Shown piece after piece: positions 25,531-27,740 of a stretch of 27,740 nt of DNA. The notes below the pieces were generated by a model. That model had not been told where the DNA came from. It saw nothing but the letters and a program-made list of their open reading frames with translations, and made no database searches. The stretch's first letter is position 1. The number at the start of each line of letters is the position of its first letter. Position numbers and translations under genes: made by a program. The stretch comes from an uncultured Candidatus Saccharibacteria bacterium. Its GTDB lineage: Bacteria; Patescibacteriota; Minisyncoccia; Phycocordibacterales; Zambryskibacteraceae. The stretch is from the NCBI GenBank assembly GCA_964569075.1, contig CAZMSV010000002.1, forward strand, positions 1-27,740, written 5' to 3'.

Positions 25531-26703
25531 TTACAGTTTTGAGTTGTTAGTTTTAAGTAAATACAGTAAATACTCTGCCAAACAAACGAAACTGTCGTTA
25601 GCCCAGACGCTTTGGTCGGGACTTGCAGCTTTTAGCTTTGGCTCTAGCTTAATACCTTGTGAAACTCTTTGCAATTTTATTCGAAGTTTATAACTGTTCC
25701 CATGAGAGAGTAACCCTAGATAAGAGGCTGTGCTTTCTGGTGTGTAATGCTTTCTAACATTTCGGAACATCCTTCTTTTTGTCGCAGTACGCAAAATCCT
25801 GTGCTTAGGAAAATGTACCCAACCTAGAAAATCAATTCCAGACGAAAATGTTTTTATAAAAACCTTGTCTGGATGCAAAGCCAGTTTAAGATTTTGTACA
25901 AGAAAGTCTGATACTTGCGAAAGAAGCGCCTCTAAATCCTTTTTATTGTGCGAAAGAAAAACAAAGTCGTCAGCGTAGCGAATATAGTATTTAACCTTAA
26001 GCTCATGTTTCACATATCGATCAAACTCATTCATATAAATATTAACCAGAAGTTGTGAAGTAGGGTTGCCTAATGGTAAGCCCTCAGAACATTCCAATAT
26101 TCTTGAGAATGTTGGAATGTTTGATGATGATTTAAAACTATCTATTACTTGTTCCAGAAGCCACAGATTCTGCTTATCCTTGTCGACGCTCCACACGCGG
26201 TTGTCAGCGCTCCAGTACACAAAGACGACACATGAGCTGGTGTAGAACAGGTTGGCATGGCCGTTATTCAACAGCGTGCCCTCCTTTCCACCCTCCTGCT
26301 TTGAGATGAGATCTGCGATGATGGCACAGAGCACGCCTTCATCAAAGAGATGCCCATCTGGCAGGGAGCTTTCGATCCCGACGTCGCTCATATCCCTCTT
26401 GAGCTCGAAGCTCCGGGCGCTGAACTCGGCACCAGCCGGAGTTGGCTTCGCCTTCGCGACCACCTGACTGCGGTAGCCACCCCAAACCCAGAGACCTTCC
26501 CGGTTCTCGTAGAACGAGTCGGGGTTGTGGGGCTCGGCGAGCTTCACATACACGAGACCGCGCGGTGCGAGGAGCATCTCCGCCTCCACATACTTGCGCA
26601 CGACCTCAACCAACTCGTCACCGCGCGGTGCGAGGAGCATCCCCGCCTCCACATACTTGCGCACGACCTCAACCAACTCGTCTGGCGTCATGGTGTTGGC
26701 CAT
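25531..26703 (-). CDS. Chimeric ORF: DGR target (variable) protein N-part fused in frame to the C-terminal half of a DGR reverse transcriptase
   Basis: aa ~174 onward: GLPLGNPTSQ, YIRYADDF, LHPDK, GIDFLGW; aa 1-173: GTLLNNGHANLFY..CVVFVYWSADNRVWSVD, resembling CPR DGR targets. Confidence 0.85.
   Translation of the reverse strand: MANTMTPDELVEVVRKYVEAGMLLAPRGDELVEVVRKYVEAEMLLAPRGLVYVKLAEPHNPDSFYENREGLWVWGGYRSQVVAKAKPTPAGAEFSARSFELKRDMSDVGIESSLPDGHLFDEGVLCAIIADLISKQEGGKEGTLLNNGHANLFYTSSCVVFVYWSADNRVWSVDKDKQNLWLLEQVIDSFKSSSNIPTFSRILECSEGLPLGNPTSQLLVNIYMNEFDRYVKHELKVKYYIRYADDFVFLSHNKKDLEALLSQVSDFLVQNLKLALHPDKVFIKTFSSGIDFLGWVHFPKHRILRTATKRRMFRNVRKHYTPESTASYLGLLSHGNSYKLRIKLQRVSQGIKLEPKLKAASPDQSVWANDSFVCLAEYLLYLLKTNNSKL
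26182..26226 (-). repeat. Truncated DGR variable repeat (VR)-like segment
   Basis: GTC TTT GTG TAC TGG AGC GCT GAC AAC CGC GTG TGG AGC GTC GAC; alternating NNY codons derivable from AAY by changes at adenines only. Confidence 0.65.
26557..26682. repeat. 63-bp tandem duplication (21 aa)
   Basis: 26557-26619 vs 26620-26682, one mismatch (26579 T / 26642 C). Confidence 0.95.
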
Positions 26704-26711
26704 GGGGTCAT

Positions 26712-26811
26712 CTCCTTATTTTTGAAACGAACATTCCCAGAACGCTGGGTCGTCGGTAGGAAATCCACCACTTCTACCCTTAATTATACCATACTTGATT
26801 TAAAAATGCAA
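26712..26811 (-). promoter_or_regulatory. Promoter and SD of the target::RT ORF
   Basis: TTGCAT (26811-26806), 17 nt, TATAAT (26788-26783) preceded by TGg; AAGGAG 8 nt before the ATG. Confidence 0.8.
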
Positions 26812-26872
26812 GGATTTGACCCCAAAATCTATATTTTTAGGGTTTTTAGCACTAGCACATATTAACTCTACC

Positions 26873-26916
26873 CACCCTCCAACTTCTCGACCTATAGGTC
26901 GAGAAGTTGGATGGTG
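26873..26916. repeat. Palindrome with CCTATAGG core upstream of the DGR remnant
   Basis: Perfect 34 bp tccaacttctcga-cctatagg-tcgagaagttgga; left flank catattaactctacccaccctccaac matches 186-211. Confidence 0.93.
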
Positions 26917-27028
26917 TATATTGTCCTTTATTCATCATTCCTTCTTCGTTATTCCTTCTGCATCCCCTAACTTGAAAAGTGGGGTGAATCATGTAATATT
27001 GCACTACTTAAAACTAACAATTACCTAT

Positions 27029-27610
27029 ATGTTAATCCCAACCGTTATAGAAAAATCGCAGTTTGGTGAAAGAGCATACGACATATACTCTCGGCTTTTG
27101 CGTGAGAGAATAATTTTCCTTGGCGGGACAATTGATGACAATGTGGCAAACATAGTAATCGCCCAGCTTCTTTTCCTTGAATCAGAGGATTCAAAAAAAG
27201 ACATACATCTTTATATTCACTCCCCTGGTGGAAGTGTTTACTCCGGTCTTGCTATATACGATGCTATCCAACATATCAAACCAGAAGTTTCTACAATATG
27301 TATGGGCATTGCTGCTTCAATGGCCTCTGTACTTTTGGCATCTGGCGCCAAGGGCAAAAGATTTATTCTTCCAAACTCCGAAGTTATGATCCATCAGCCA
27401 CTCGGTGGTGCTGAGGGACAAGCATCGGACATTGAAATATCTGCTCGTCAAATTCTCAAGGCTCGTGATCGACTAAATAGTATTCTGGCAAAACACACAG
27501 GTCAGACATTAGCAAAAATCTCCAAAGATGCCGACAGGGACTTCTTTATGACAGCCGAAGAGGCGGTCAAATACGGAATTGTAGACAAAGTTTTCAAGAG
27601 TAAGAAATAG
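27029..27610 (+). CDS. clpP: ATP-dependent Clp protease proteolytic subunit
   Basis: [51 protein letters not shown]; true start at 27029. Confidence 0.98.
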   Translation: MLIPTVIEKSQFGERAYDIYSRLLRERIIFLGGTIDDNVANIVIAQLLFLESEDSKKDIHLYIHSPGGSVYSGLAIYDAIQHIKPEVSTICMGIAASMASVLLASGAKGKRFILPNSEVMIHQPLGGAEGQASDIEISARQILKARDRLNSILAKHTGQTLAKISKDADRDFFMTAEEAVKYGIVDKVFKSKK

Positions 27611-27618
27611 AGGAGAGG

Positions 27619-27661
27619 AGAAACACCCCGAGCTCGCAATTTGCGAGCTCGGGGTGTTTCT
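27619..27661. terminator. Perfect 21-bp-arm hairpin after clpP
   Basis: agaaacaccccgagctcgcaa-t-ttgcgagctcggggtgtttct. Confidence 0.85.
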
Positions 27662-27740
27662 TGGCTTTCCTGACTTAAAATCGCCCTCACACCTAATTTT
27701 CTCTATTTATATTAAAAACATCAAAAAAGCTGATGTGATA

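Larger units (their letters stand above)
25680..26703 (-). mobile_element. Diversity-generating retroelement remnant (no TR, avd or IMH seen)
   Basis: DGR-type [ILV]GxxxSQ plus YADD RT motifs adjacent to a VR-like codon pattern; sharp GC step at ~26181. Confidence 0.75.

Noticed and set aside
25531-25680. Riboswitch (c-di-GMP-I or fluoride-like) or DGR template repeat upstream of rsmE
   Set aside because: Only fragmentary resemblance (gccaaagc, gctaacgac), the conserved cores are not matched, and there is no similarity to the VR. An Rfam scan would settle it.
25680-26181. Group II intron or retron RT; active RT
   Set aside because: The motif is LGxxxSQ rather than QGxxxSP, and there is no VTG retron motif or maturase domain. 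The N-terminal RT motifs with the first catalytic Asp are absent.
26252-26865. Plus-strand ORFs of 66-171 aa over the DGR target
   Set aside because: Shadow ORFs typical of GC-rich sequence. They have no motifs, and the promoter and SD support the minus strand.
26816-27028. 71-aa N-terminal extension of ClpP
   Set aside because: Homology begins at MLIPTVIE (27029), and the extension runs through a palindrome and intergenic DNA.
1-27740. tRNA, rRNA, transposase or prophage genes
   Set aside because: No cloverleaf/T-loop signatures, rRNA-like segments, or DDE, HUH, integrase or phage structural ORFs were recognised.

Overview
This window looks like Patescibacteria/CPR (Parcubacteria-like) chromosomal DNA in genetic code 11. 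The taxon is inferred from gene content and style, not from a database search. Housekeeping genes are recJ, a HIT hydrolase, pgk, tpiA, nusA, ppa, tig, rsmE and clpP. Accessory content includes a type IV pilus operon (PilB, PilC and four prepilin-like genes, one interrupted by an in-frame TGA), a GIY-YIG nuclease, a 970-aa Ig/FN3-type surface protein with an exact 282-bp duplication, a metzincin lipoprotein and an M16 peptidase. Two things stand out. (1) At 25531-26703 a diversity-generating retroelement (DGR) appears to have collapsed into one in-frame chimera. A GC-rich target protein breaks off inside its variable repeat and continues into the C-terminal half of a DGR-type reverse transcriptase (LGxxxSQ, YADD), and the ORF still has a near-consensus promoter and SD. 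(2) At least seven long dispersed palindromes have fixed cores (CCTATAGG or ACG-AC-CGT) and variable self-complementary arms, and several are preceded by a TRTTAACT..CTACC linker. They bracket a solo PaaX/Cas2-like gene, with one copy supplying its -10 box and start codon, and also bracket a double-HTH sigma-region-4 gene. No CRISPR array, tRNA or rRNA was seen.
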